A DNA stretch of 63,820 nt, filler included. It is 6 parts of 6 records of this genome, joined end to end, with 100 filler letters (N's around TTAATTAATTAA, not from the genome) between each part and the next. Parts side by side here need not be neighbours in the genome. Positions count along the whole stretch, not along the records: positions 39,746 to 52,429 come from SRR20825019_2744; 5 more parts are not named here. One strand, written 5' to 3'. Numbering within the stretch: position 1 is the first letter of the stretch; the number at the start of each line of letters is the position of its first letter. The translations under genes were made by a program, and so were the position numbers. Below are positions 40,637 through 50,409 of this stretch, piece after piece. The notes beneath the pieces were generated by a model. It searched no databases and was not told where the DNA came from. It saw only the letters and a list, made by a program, of their open reading frames with translations.

Positions 40637-41563
40637 TTAGATCGCTTTTTCGCTGAGCTTTCGCTCAAGTTGTTCCACAAGTTGAGACCGGGCGTGCGAA
40701 GACATTTTGTCTAAGTTGAGCTGGCGCCACTGGACTGCCGGAAGCTCCGGAACATGCTCGATCCCTAGCAGTGACCAGTCTGGTGACCCTTTCTCAAAAC
40801 CAATCAGAAATGCTTTGTGGTCCTCTGGCATTTCTCCGACAACAGCGTTGATCAACGATTCTCTCGCATTGAGGAGTTCATCCAGATCAATCGGTTCTTT
40901 GGTCATGCCTGCGAAACCACGTTCAAATTCCTGGCCAATATCTTTTCTGGTAGGCCCGATCACTTCATGCATCGGTCGGTCATGGCTCAGCAGATAGACG
41001 ATGAAGGCTCGCCGCAAATCGTCGGTAATGCCTTCATTGGCAAGCAGGTCTCGGACGTCGAATAAGTCTCTTGGGTGTTGGCGATCAAGCGCGGCGACGA
41101 CCTTGCCACCATATAGGTCGGCAAAAGAGACCACCTGCATTTCGGCATAGCCGAAAACATCCTCAACAGCAGGCATCACGGTGCGTTCTTCCGCCTCGAA
41201 CACGCAGCCGCGTAGCACTGGGGTTACCTCGATTTTGATTTGCACGCCGTTACCGCGTGCCAACAGCTTTGTGACGGCACCTTCTTTGTTGGGAGAGGCG
41301 GGTACAATATCTTCCGCCGGAGATCCCGAACCCGATGCAACAGCGATACGCTTCATTGCGGCATCTATCGCTTCGAGCGAATCCGAGCGCGATTGTACGG
41401 GTAAATAAGTGAGGTCTATATCCACCGAGAGGCGCGGCATGTCACGGACGAACAGATTGATTGCTGTTCCGCCTTTTAGGGCAAAGCACGGCTCGTCCGC
41501 GACAAATGGCAGGACGCGTACCAGTAGCTCCACCTGACGCCGATATTGTTCACTATAGGGCAT
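40637..41563 (-). CDS. abiEii: AbiEii/AbiGii nucleotidyltransferase toxin (type IV TA)
   Basis: FALKGGTAINLF, PRLSVDIDL, KIEV, GKVVAALDRQHPRDLFD; start at MPYSEQ overlapping the antitoxin stop. Confidence 0.92.
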   Translation of the reverse strand: MPYSEQYRRQVELLVRVLPFVADEPCFALKGGTAINLFVRDMPRLSVDIDLTYLPVQSRSDSLEAIDAAMKRIAVASGSGSPAEDIVPASPNKEGAVTKLLARGNGVQIKIEVTPVLRGCVFEAEERTVMPAVEDVFGYAEMQVVSFADLYGGKVVAALDRQHPRDLFDVRDLLANEGITDDLRRAFIVYLLSHDRPMHEVIGPTRKDIGQEFERGFAGMTKEPIDLDELLNARESLINAVVGEMPEDHKAFLIGFEKGSPDWSLLGIEHVPELPAVQWRQLNLDKMSSHARSQLVEQLERKLSEKAI

Positions 41564-42401
41564 CGAGATCCCCCGGTACTGTGATCCGGTAGACGGGATC
41601 GAATTTACCGCCACGCACCAACATGCGGTCGCCGGTCCCCAGATCGAAGTCTTTCGGGTCGACACGATTGCGCCATCGCGGTTTGTGGCGATCAGCAAAG
41701 TAGAAAAACAGTCGCTTGACCTTGACGCTCTTGCAATCCGCGAGAAGCTTATTCAGGCGGTTGGGGCTGAGATTGAGCAATCCCTCGGCCAGCTTATCGA
41801 CCATATGAAAGCTTTCATTGTTGGGTAGCTCGTCCAGAAGCTCAAAATATGCGCGTTCTGGAGCAGAGACGGTCATGGGCCAATCCCATTGGCCCCACGG
41901 CATCACTTTGAAGCTGTTGCCGTGAATGGGATCGTTGCTCCGAACGTCACTAGTTTGTGTGTTCCAATTCAAACTTGTCAGCGCACGTGTGATCGGTTGG
42001 TTTTTGAATAGGCGGGTGCTCTTGTGCAGCACAAATTTCTGCGGGATGCTCAGCTTATTCATCCAGCCAGGCAGCTTCTCCTCTCCGTAGAGGTGAACCT
42101 CTTTTTGTTCGTGCGATAGAAAATGCGCGTAGCCCTGAAGTTCCAATGCTGTGCGCCCACCCACAATCAGGGGAATCTGCATGATGTCTTGCAGAGAGAT
42201 AATCACCTGCTCCCATCGTAGCGAGCCTCGTGGTCTGCGAAATACGCCCCTTGCAGGCTGTTCCAGCCAGCCTGATTTCAGGTATTGCGCTCGCAAAGAT
42301 CGCTCATAACCATGCTTGGTCAGCCAACGCGCTGATACCAGCAGGCCCTCAGGCACCTCGTGCTCTAAACGCTTTAATTTTGACAAATTTCGTTCATTCA
42401 T
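41553..42401 (-). CDS. abiEi: AbiEi family antitoxin / transcriptional regulator
   Basis: N-terminal wHTH (Y.KSGWL...RGVF), GGRTALELQGYAH, SAPERA..E, C.SVKVKRLF; upstream of the toxin. Confidence 0.9.
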   Translation of the reverse strand: MNERNLSKLKRLEHEVPEGLLVSARWLTKHGYERSLRAQYLKSGWLEQPARGVFRRPRGSLRWEQVIISLQDIMQIPLIVGGRTALELQGYAHFLSHEQKEVHLYGEEKLPGWMNKLSIPQKFVLHKSTRLFKNQPITRALTSLNWNTQTSDVRSNDPIHGNSFKVMPWGQWDWPMTVSAPERAYFELLDELPNNESFHMVDKLAEGLLNLSPNRLNKLLADCKSVKVKRLFFYFADRHKPRWRNRVDPKDFDLGTGDRMLVRGGKFDPVYRITVPGDLDAL

Positions 42402-42470
42402 ACTGAACAAAATAACATTTTTTCAAAGTGACGGCAATGCCAGCTTTAAAAATGATTAAATTTGTTCAGT
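42402..42470. promoter_or_regulatory. Long imperfect inverted repeat over the abiE promoter, putative AbiEi operator
   Basis: ACTGAACAAAATAACATTTTTTCAAAG versus CTTTAAAAATGATTAAATTTGTTCAGT; the outer 10 bp pair perfectly. Confidence 0.7.
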
Positions 42471-42578
42471 TTCACTGTGCAAAGCGCTTCTGGTGTCAAA
42501 GTGACGGGTTGGGTGATGTCAGAGTGAATGGAACGGTCAACACATCAAATGGGGCGCCTGAGCGACGGATGAGCTATT

Positions 42579-43709
42579 CTATGATGACTCATTCTTGAAA
42601 ACCGCTTTGTTCATGCGCTCTACGACGCTGATCGTATGCGGCTCGCTGAGGTGGGCATAACGCTTCACCATTTGTAGCGTCTTATGTCCGAGAACCTCGG
42701 CAATTTCAGATGGTGTCGCGCCGTTCATGGCTAGGTACGACGCGGCAGAGTGTCTTAGGTCGTGAAAGCGGAAGTCTTCAATGTTGGCTTTTGCAAGAGC
42801 GATGGCCCAGTCGTTGTCAATGTAGACTGGCTTTGCGCCATCTGGACGAGGGAAGACGTAGCCTGTTGAGTTTGGAGCCGATGCTCGTAGCTGCGTCAGA
42901 ACCTTGTGCGCTAAGCTGACGATAGGGATGGAGCGGCGCTCGTCGTTCTTGGTTTCGTGTAAGCGAATGACGTTGCGCTTCAGGTCAACCTCAGGCCAAC
43001 GGAGGTTTAGCATTTCACCCCGTCGTGCACCCGTTGAAAGAGTGACGATAACAAGTGGATACAAGAGCTTGTTAGAGCTCTCACGGCAGGCGCTCAGGAG
43101 CCGCTGTCGTTCGTCATCAGATAGAAACCTTACCCGTCCTCTTGGCTCTGACGGACGCCTCACTTTTCGAACGGGATTGTCGTTTACCCAACCCCACTCG
43201 TTGACGGCGTGGGTGTACATGACTGACAGGCTCGCAAGGTAGCGATTAACTGTCGCCGGAGATTTTGCCCGTCTCGCGTTGCCGTCAGTATCGCGGAGTT
43301 CTTTGCCATTAGAGTCAGTTGTCGGTGTGGTCAGCAATTCATCGCGGAGCGCTGCAATTCGAGAGGGTGTTATGTCTGCGAGGATGTAAGGGCCTAGTTT
43401 AAGCTTCCACCAAGTCAGGTGGCATTTTATGGCCCTTGCTGCTGTTGGTTTTTTATGTCGGAAGGGAGCGACTTTGGAGAGGTATTGGTCAACCAGTTCC
43501 CCAAATGTACGTCGCTTTTCCTCAACGGTTTTGAAGTAGCGGTTTTCACGCAAGGCTGCTTCAGTTTGTGTCGCCCAGGTGCGTGCATCAACTTTCCGCT
43601 CGAACGTCGCGGTTTGCGTTGGGTAACCTTTAAGACGGATCACGACTTTATAGTGTGTTTTCCCATCTTTTGTCGTTCTTTCTTTAATCCAAGCCAATAA
43701 AAATACCAA
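42579..43709 (-). CDS. Tyrosine recombinase / integrase
   Basis: Catalytic R (TGARRGE), K (ETKN), HDLRH, LGH, RYAH; N-terminal arm-binding region; the start may be TTG 43697. Confidence 0.95.
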   Translation of the reverse strand: MVFLLAWIKERTTKDGKTHYKVVIRLKGYPTQTATFERKVDARTWATQTEAALRENRYFKTVEEKRRTFGELVDQYLSKVAPFRHKKPTAARAIKCHLTWWKLKLGPYILADITPSRIAALRDELLTTPTTDSNGKELRDTDGNARRAKSPATVNRYLASLSVMYTHAVNEWGWVNDNPVRKVRRPSEPRGRVRFLSDDERQRLLSACRESSNKLLYPLVIVTLSTGARRGEMLNLRWPEVDLKRNVIRLHETKNDERRSIPIVSLAHKVLTQLRASAPNSTGYVFPRPDGAKPVYIDNDWAIALAKANIEDFRFHDLRHSAASYLAMNGATPSEIAEVLGHKTLQMVKRYAHLSEPHTISVVERMNKAVFKNESS

Positions 43710-43763
43710 TAATTATTTTTCATATACTGTATTTATATAAGTATTTCGGGGGCTTTAGGCAAT

Positions 43764-43994
43764 AAAAATGGTGCAAAAATGGTGCAGTAAAATGTAAAAA
43801 TTGGCTTTATTTAACATAATTATTAAAAATCACTATTAAGTAATATATTGAAATTATTGATATTCATAAAATATCACATCAGGGAATAAAGGCGTGTGCG
43901 GGCTTAAAATCCTTCCAGTGTGGGTTCGACTCCCACCGTGGACACCAGCTTTCGCGATGCTCGACGGAAAAATGGTGCAGAAATGGTGCAGCAA
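43764..43994. mobile_element. attP-like site: tRNA-Leu core flanked on both sides by tandem AAATGGTGCA arm repeats
   Basis: AAAAATGGTGCAAAAATGGTGCAG (43764-43787) and AAAAATGGTGCAGAAATGGTGCAG (43968-43991) around the tRNA fragment; AT-rich left arm. Confidence 0.75.
43903..43947 (+). pseudogene. 3' half of tRNA-Leu(TAA), short variable loop type; att core
   Basis: CT-TAA-AA loop, TCCTT, CCAGT, GTGGG-TTCGACT-CCCAC, CGTGGAC-A-CCA; no complementary 5' acceptor strand or D-arm upstream. Confidence 0.8.
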
Positions 43995-44134
43995 CAATCA
44001 GGCATTCACCATAAAGCTCATAAATACTTCCATCAAACTTGATCCCAGATACCGTCGCGGGAAGTGGAAAATTTCTTTTCATGATAAATGTAAATGCAAT
44101 GATTCAAGAATATCCTATTCCACCCTTAGGTGGC

Positions 44135-47100
44135 CTAACTGTATTTGCGCGCCATAGTGCGTAAACGAATCAGGTTTGCGTCTCTTGCGAGCTCGGGAGC
44201 GGAAGCTTCAATAGCATCAAGGCAAGCAGTCAAATCTTTAGAATACCAGGGGCTGTCACCAATTATGCTGGCCAGTAAGGTAAGTGCCTCTTCAGGGAAC
44301 GCCGTAGCGAGTTCCTGTTCGCCGAGTTTTTGCAACACCAGCCCGGAAAATCGCACATGCACAAACCAGCCATTGAATAGCTGAACAGCGTCTGGGAAAT
44401 TTTGTCCGGCAGAGACGCATACTTGAGCTAGCTGCTCACTGAGTTCTGGCGATCTCAGTTCATCCTGCTGCGGCCAAATGTTCCGCCAGAATGGGAGTAC
44501 ATGGTTGACCCAATAGTCATGGCGCTGGTCGTCTGTGCCGCTGAGTGCGTTGTTCATGGCCAAAGCGGCTTGTGGCAAGGCGTCGGCGGTAAGATGCGAG
44601 AATGCTTGGCGGTATGCCGGAGCCTTATCGGAGGAGATTGGGTCAAGAGCGGCGAAAGTTAGAAACTGAATGTATATTTTACCAAGATTTTCTAGCGCCG
44701 TGACGTGTGATGCAGTCTCCAAAAAATCTGGCTCAATCTCCTCGATCAACGGCGTTACCAGTCGGGGAGCCCTCATGAAGCCTTGCCACATACGAGACGC
44801 CTCCTCCGGGTCGCTGTCCCAATGCATGCGGGGAAGAAGATTCTCCCTGGTCCATTCAGGAGCAACGACGAAAAGACGCGCTAGATTGGATGCGAGGACC
44901 ACTCGACCGTGACGGAACCGAGGTTCGTGTTCGTTGCTTACACGCGTGAACACTGGCCGTAAATCGTCGGGGAGGCCTTGGCCGTTCGTTAAGCCGCGAG
45001 ATTCCCAAAGAATAATCAGGGCCTCTGTGGTCTTGCCAATGGGATGATTAATCGCTGCAGTGACTGCATCTCGTTTCTCCTGACCATAACCTATCTGCAG
45101 CTCCAGGATTCGCTCGCAGATCCCAATAAAGGTAGCGGCTCGTTCGTTCACAGATCTTGCAACATCCGTAAGCCAGAAAGAGAGCGCATGATCAACGCTT
45201 TCTAGGGAAGGATCTGGTAAAGACGCGACCGTATCCGCCATTTCTTCCCAAGACGGCCGCGCGTGCTCGCGGTCCCCCCATGCATAAAGGGCAGTTTCCC
45301 ATCTAGTCTCCGGCCATTCTCCTTTATCTGCGAGGCGTTTTAAAGCCGCATAAGAGCGCTGAGGCTCTTTCTTACAAATGTCTCGCCAGTCATCGTCTTG
45401 CCGATGATGGCGGGTCGCGACAGGACGGCGTAGCCACTCGGTAAGTTGGTCAAGGTCTCTAGGAGCGCGCTCTCTTTTGAACTCGGATTCAAAACCTGGA
45501 TCTCCCGTGCCGTAGGTCCAAATGGAAAACTCTTCTCTTTCGTCGTCTGCGAACTGCCAGTCAGGGAATTTTGTCCGGATGGTCTCTAAATTTGTTGCCG
45601 CGGCCTCGCCCAGAGGAGTTGCGAACCGCTCCAATTGACCCAGACGTTTGAAGATTTCCTTCTGAGCGATATTGTCCCAGTCCTCCTCAGATAGGTCGTC
45701 GACATACATATTCCTGGGCGGGCCAAGTAAGATAGCAGCCTCTATGTGCTCCCGATCCGCTTGCCCGAGATGTTGGGCCCGTGTTGCGAGAAGCCGCATT
45801 GTTTCCCTGAGGGTATCATTCGCCCAAAGCCACCATGCTTCGTCTGCAATTAGCCAGTTCACCCATTGCGCATTCTCAATGCTCTCGACTCTGCTCGCGG
45901 CAAAATAGGCCAAACGCTTGAATGTAGGATACTCGATTGATTGCCACTCTGTGGCAATTGAAGCGGCCCGATGACTGTCTTGAGCACAAACACCAATCCA
46001 GGCGTCGCGTAGTAGCCGGATTAGAATGGTCCAGTCCCGCTGATGGTGATCGCGGTTTTGCCAATGATCTTCGATTGAAGGGATATCCCAAGATGAACGG
46101 TCGCCTCGGTGGCTTGCAATTTCAACAGATGCCTGCATATCCAATGAGTCGTGCAGAAGTGACTGAAGGGCCGGAAGCATGGAAATGAGTACCTTTCGCC
46201 ACGCGTCAGTTTCAGGCAGGTCTGTCAACAAACTCATTACGTCGTCAGTCGATAAGCACGGTCTAAAGTCAATCGCGGGCTTCGGCGTTTTGTCGGTCTC
46301 GCCATCGCTTGAAAAATCAAAAGAGCTAACGCTTCGCTCGATCTGAAGCCTTGGAGAGAGCATTTCCAAAAGCTCATCGCGGAGAGAAAAGGTCAGCCCC
46401 TCCCGTTCAAAGCGGCGACGCCAGGTGACAGCGTTAAAATTCTGCAATGAGTTAACTATACGGCCTCTCAAGAATAGGCCCCAAACGGCGCGCATTCTCA
46501 TGTCTGGAATGGAATTTGGTGCTGCAGCGCGCATCGCCTCTTTGTCGTCGAGACGATCATCTGTCTCTAGGTCCGCAATGCGGTCCAGAGCCCATTGTAT
46601 TTGGTTGGCAAGCACTGGGTGCAATTCGCCACCTTGGTTGGCGAGCCAGAGAGCCAGCGCTGGGTCGTTCAGGTGCCGAGAAACCCATCGACACAGATGA
46701 TGTAACACGGGATCTAGCGATGAGCTTTCGTGGGCCGCTGCGGCGAGCCTCATGCGAGGAGCTAATTTGTATGGACTGGGTCTGTCGATCAGGCTGAACG
46801 TGGCCGGATGTTGTTCATCCAGAGTGGGTGTAACCCCGAATAATGGCAGGTCATGCTCCGCAAAAAGCCTTTCATCGAATGCGAATAGCCAGTCCAGCGA
46901 AGGCACGGGATCTAGATCCGCGAATCGTCGGGCAGGCAAACCGGAGGGGTCTGATAACGCCCATAACAATCGACCAACGAAATCGTCTTGATCGGTACTG
47001 GCTTGGGGAATGGAGAGCGCCGTTTCGCTAACGATGCGTTCCTTACCTTGAATGCCATCCTTGTATGTCTCTGCCCATGCCCAGAGCGTTTCATGTAAAG

Positions 47101-47947
47101 CGGAGTGATCGTTTGTATTGCCTGTGGGGATTTCGTAGAGGATCGGAACTACACCCTTGGCGCTCCATTCTTCATAATTGTCGGTCATTTTCTCTGGAGA
47201 GGAACCGGCAAATGCATAAGCTTGGGGAGGCATCTCCCCAAGTCTCCGGTCGGCTGCTAGCGCGTCCATCAAGTAACGAAGAACCGGATCCTCTATGCTA
47301 TATCCCACAAAACATACGACGAAGTTCATGAAGAGATTAACGGTAAACTCGGCTGCCCATCCCTCGCTCAGATATGCGAGGCCAAAATCTCCACTTGTCA
47401 GGACGAGCTCGTTCAAGCGCTCAGCGTCGTTGATTTCCGGTAACAGGCCATGAAGGTAGACGAGCCCATTCCATCTGCTTTTCTTCGCTAGAGGCAACTG
47501 AGGGGCGGCAAAGTGCCGGATGGTCTCACGATCCCCCTCGGTAACATGCACGAACAACCTATCGAAGTTTGTTGTGACAACCCTTAGTGCTCCGTGCCGG
47601 TCCCGACCCAGTCGTATGAGCGATTCATGGGTCCTAGCCGCATTCGGTGGGTCAAGATTTGGCTCAAGCGAGCTCAACAAGGCTGGCCGGACAGCAGCGC
47701 GGCCTCCCGGGTATCGTCTCTCTAGTTGATCCAACGCGCTATCAAAGCGATTGGCTTTTAGATCCCGTTGCTCCAAAGATCCAGGTCGGTAGCCAAGACG
47801 GCCATAAAGGCGTTCGACGAGCCCTTTGAAACTTGGAAGGTCCGCAGGATATGAGATCCCTGCACCGCAAAAGAATACGACTTTTCCTTCTTCATGCGAC
47901 TGTAGCAACGAGTCAGGGATATTTGGTCCATTGCGAATAAATTGCAT
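44135..47947 (-). CDS. dsr1: Defence-associated sirtuin Dsr1-like (SIR2 NADase domain plus long helical C-terminus)
   Basis: MQFI.NGP.IP..LLQ.HEEG.VVFFCGAGISYPA.LP, TTNFD, YLHG, LVLTSGDFGLAYL, FVGYS..DP; 1270 aa, matching recalled Dsr1 size and N-terminus. Confidence 0.85.
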   Translation of the reverse strand: MQFIRNGPNIPDSLLQSHEEGKVVFFCGAGISYPADLPSFKGLVERLYGRLGYRPGSLEQRDLKANRFDSALDQLERRYPGGRAAVRPALLSSLEPNLDPPNAARTHESLIRLGRDRHGALRVVTTNFDRLFVHVTEGDRETIRHFAAPQLPLAKKSRWNGLVYLHGLLPEINDAERLNELVLTSGDFGLAYLSEGWAAEFTVNLFMNFVVCFVGYSIEDPVLRYLMDALAADRRLGEMPPQAYAFAGSSPEKMTDNYEEWSAKGVVPILYEIPTGNTNDHSALHETLWAWAETYKDGIQGKERIVSETALSIPQASTDQDDFVGRLLWALSDPSGLPARRFADLDPVPSLDWLFAFDERLFAEHDLPLFGVTPTLDEQHPATFSLIDRPSPYKLAPRMRLAAAAHESSSLDPVLHHLCRWVSRHLNDPALALWLANQGGELHPVLANQIQWALDRIADLETDDRLDDKEAMRAAAPNSIPDMRMRAVWGLFLRGRIVNSLQNFNAVTWRRRFEREGLTFSLRDELLEMLSPRLQIERSVSSFDFSSDGETDKTPKPAIDFRPCLSTDDVMSLLTDLPETDAWRKVLISMLPALQSLLHDSLDMQASVEIASHRGDRSSWDIPSIEDHWQNRDHHQRDWTILIRLLRDAWIGVCAQDSHRAASIATEWQSIEYPTFKRLAYFAASRVESIENAQWVNWLIADEAWWLWANDTLRETMRLLATRAQHLGQADREHIEAAILLGPPRNMYVDDLSEEDWDNIAQKEIFKRLGQLERFATPLGEAAATNLETIRTKFPDWQFADDEREEFSIWTYGTGDPGFESEFKRERAPRDLDQLTEWLRRPVATRHHRQDDDWRDICKKEPQRSYAALKRLADKGEWPETRWETALYAWGDREHARPSWEEMADTVASLPDPSLESVDHALSFWLTDVARSVNERAATFIGICERILELQIGYGQEKRDAVTAAINHPIGKTTEALIILWESRGLTNGQGLPDDLRPVFTRVSNEHEPRFRHGRVVLASNLARLFVVAPEWTRENLLPRMHWDSDPEEASRMWQGFMRAPRLVTPLIEEIEPDFLETASHVTALENLGKIYIQFLTFAALDPISSDKAPAYRQAFSHLTADALPQAALAMNNALSGTDDQRHDYWVNHVLPFWRNIWPQQDELRSPELSEQLAQVCVSAGQNFPDAVQLFNGWFVHVRFSGLVLQKLGEQELATAFPEEALTLLASIIGDSPWYSKDLTACLDAIEASAPELARDANLIRLRTMARKYS

Positions 47948-48332
47948 GCGATATCCCTACTTGGTTTGAGCGGGTGTCGAATACTCTGTTGTGGGTAGAG
48001 ATTTATTCGAAAATTTCAAAATGTCTTCTCTTTGTTTCTCCTTCCCCTAAATGCGGGATGTTCACAAGTGTGATGGGAGTTGGCTTCTTTTCTCCTTCGG
48101 TCGTTAGAGCAATAAATCATAGAGCCACCACGCCTTTCACACACCTGATACCAATTTCCCGTTCGGGCCTTCAAAAAGCGTGTCATCGCTCTCAATTTGC
48201 GCCCGCAAATCTCAATAGTCAGCCAAAGCCCAGTTCGCAGATGCGAGATGAGAGGGCTTTAAACCGCAGAATTCTGCCCCCATAATAATTGTATACAACT
48301 TATTAGTGTAAACAAAATTGGGGAGGGTGGAA

Positions 48333-48557
48333 ATGAATGTTCAGAATATTTTGACGGTCTCACAACTGGCTGAGCTGAACCCCGCCTTTACGGAGCCGAC
48401 GTTGCGTTGGTGGATATTTCATGCGGATCGTTTTGATTTCAACAAATGCCTGATCCGCGTCGGCGGGCGGGTCTATATCGACCTCAGGGCTTTTACCAAG
48501 TGGCTGGACGCGCACCGCGCAGAGGCCTTTAACGACAATATTGAAGTCGTTGAGTAA
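48333..48557 (+). CDS. Small HTH DNA-binding protein, excisionase-like
   Basis: LTVSQLAE..PAFTE.TLRWWIF...IRVGGRVYID...F.KWL; GGAGG RBS. Confidence 0.75.
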   Translation: MNVQNILTVSQLAELNPAFTEPTLRWWIFHADRFDFNKCLIRVGGRVYIDLRAFTKWLDAHRAEAFNDNIEVVE

Positions 48558-48696
48558 GCCGGATCAATGAAATGGGGTTGGTTTAATTAAGTGGGCCGAT
48601 AGCGAGATCGCGATCAAACAATCTGCTGATTTATAGCTCATTTTCGCCCCGCGCCGCACTGCGGAAAAATGCGATTTTCCTTGTGCTATGCGGGCG

Positions 48697-48757
48697 GATT
48701 GCAAACTGGTGTTTGCAATCACGCTGCGCCAACACGTTGGCAAAACAGCGTAAGCCA
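48697..48757. other. Candidate oriT
   Basis: Two adjacent inverted repeats (GATTGCAAAC-tggt-GTTTGCAATC; ACGCTG.GCCAAC-ac-GTTGGC....CAGCGT) followed by TAAGCCA, upstream of the T4CP-relaxase genes. Confidence 0.55.
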
Positions 48758-48870
48758 TCACTACCGACCCTTTTTCTATTCTGGTGACGGTATCCGAAAA
48801 TTTCTAGTGCGTGAGGCTGTTTAAGCCTTTCGGAACCGCTTCCGTGTGACGGAAGGGGAAGGATAAATCT

Positions 48871-50391
48871 ATGTCATTATTACGTTTTTTATGGCGGTTC
48901 TATAAAGTCGCCTCTCTCTACCTGCCGCTGATTGTCGGATGTATGTTCGTGGCGCTTGGTGCGCTTGGCGGCGATTGGCTGCTGCATCCTGCCCTATGGG
49001 GCGTTCTGGGACTGATTGCTCTCATGGGGGCGCTGTTCCTGCGCCACTCGGTCAATCTCCCGGCCCGCGATACGCACGGCTCAGCATCATTTGCCAATTC
49101 TCGCGAGATTTCGCGCAGCGGGCTCTTTAAGCGCGGCGGCGTGATTATTGGCAAGTGGCGTGGTCGGTATCTGCGCTTTGCCCGCGAGGGGCATTTGCTC
49201 ACCTTTGCGCCAACGCGCTCCGGTAAGGGCGTGGGTTGCGTGATCCCAAACCTACTCGATCACCGGGGCTCGGTCGTGGTCTCGGACATCAAGGGCGAAA
49301 ACTACCGGGTCACCGCCCCCTGGCGCGCCGGGTTTAGCCGCGTGCTCGCTATTGCGCCCTTTAGTCGCGATATCGCGGGCGCCTGCTTTAATCCTTTGGA
49401 CTATATCCGGACGAGCCAGCCCGAAGACGTGGACGACGCGGCGATGATTGCTGATCTGTTGGTTGTCCCAAAGGGCCAGGACACATTCTGGGACAGTGAG
49501 GCCCAGAACCTGATCGCAGCGCTCTTGCTCTTTGCGGCCCACGATCTATCGCCTGAGGAGCGAAATCTTCATCACGTCTGGTCACTGCTTATGCGGGACC
49601 GGGATGAGTTTGATGAGGTGATTGCCGATATGCGCGCAAGCGATCATCAAGCTATCCGGCGTGCGGGCGACGGGTTCTCCCAGAAGGAAGAACGGGAGCG
49701 CTCTGCGGTGATCTCGACCGCGCAAACCCATATGAAAATCTGGAAGAGCCCGCTGCTGGCGGAAGCGACCAAACACTCGGACTTTGCACTCGAAGATATC
49801 AAGCGCGGCTGCCTCTCTCTCTACATCGTCATTCCGCCGGAACTGCTTGGGGTCTACCGGCCCTTCATGCGGTTGATGGTTGGGCTTGCGGCCTCGGCCA
49901 TGACGCGGGTTTCCGCGCTACCGGAAAAGCGCGTGCTGTTTCTGCTTGATGAGGTGGCCGCACTCGGGCGCATGTCGCCAATTGAGACGGGCATAAGCTA
50001 TCTCGCCGGGTACGGCGTGAGCTTGTGGCTGTTCTTCCAGGACTTGGATCAGCTCCAGAAGACCTATCCGAAGTGGCGCTCCGTCATCGCAAACTGCTCG
50101 GTACGTCAGGCCTTCGGTGTGTCCGACTATCAAACCGCAAAAGAACTCTCCGACATGATGGGCCAGCGCACCGTGCCTGCGATGAGCAAAGGGCTCTCGC
50201 GGGATTGGTTGGTGCCGGTGCCGGACGGCGTAAGCCGTCATATGGCCGAAACGGGCCGCCCGCTGATGACGCCGGACGAGATCATGACCATGCCGGAGGA
50301 CCGGCAGCTGATCTTCGTCCAGGCACTTAGGCCAATCCTGGCACGGAAAATCCGCTACTTTAGCGAGTGGATGTATCGCTTTCGGGCTTAG
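48871..50391 (+). CDS. Type IV coupling protein, VirD4/TraG family
   Basis: Two N-terminal TMs, HGSA.FA, APTRSGKG Walker A, DIKGEN, FNPLD, FLLDE Walker B, RPLMTPDE. Confidence 0.93.
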   Translation: MSLLRFLWRFYKVASLYLPLIVGCMFVALGALGGDWLLHPALWGVLGLIALMGALFLRHSVNLPARDTHGSASFANSREISRSGLFKRGGVIIGKWRGRYLRFAREGHLLTFAPTRSGKGVGCVIPNLLDHRGSVVVSDIKGENYRVTAPWRAGFSRVLAIAPFSRDIAGACFNPLDYIRTSQPEDVDDAAMIADLLVVPKGQDTFWDSEAQNLIAALLLFAAHDLSPEERNLHHVWSLLMRDRDEFDEVIADMRASDHQAIRRAGDGFSQKEERERSAVISTAQTHMKIWKSPLLAEATKHSDFALEDIKRGCLSLYIVIPPELLGVYRPFMRLMVGLAASAMTRVSALPEKRVLFLLDEVAALGRMSPIETGISYLAGYGVSLWLFFQDLDQLQKTYPKWRSVIANCSVRQAFGVSDYQTAKELSDMMGQRTVPAMSKGLSRDWLVPVPDGVSRHMAETGRPLMTPDEIMTMPEDRQLIFVQALRPILARKIRYFSEWMYRFRA

Positions 50392-50409
50392 TGGGGCAGG
50401 GCCAGAGGC

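Noticed and set aside
43860-43947. Complete tRNA-Leu gene
   Set aside because: No 5' acceptor strand or D-arm pairs with the 3' half; it is a fragment
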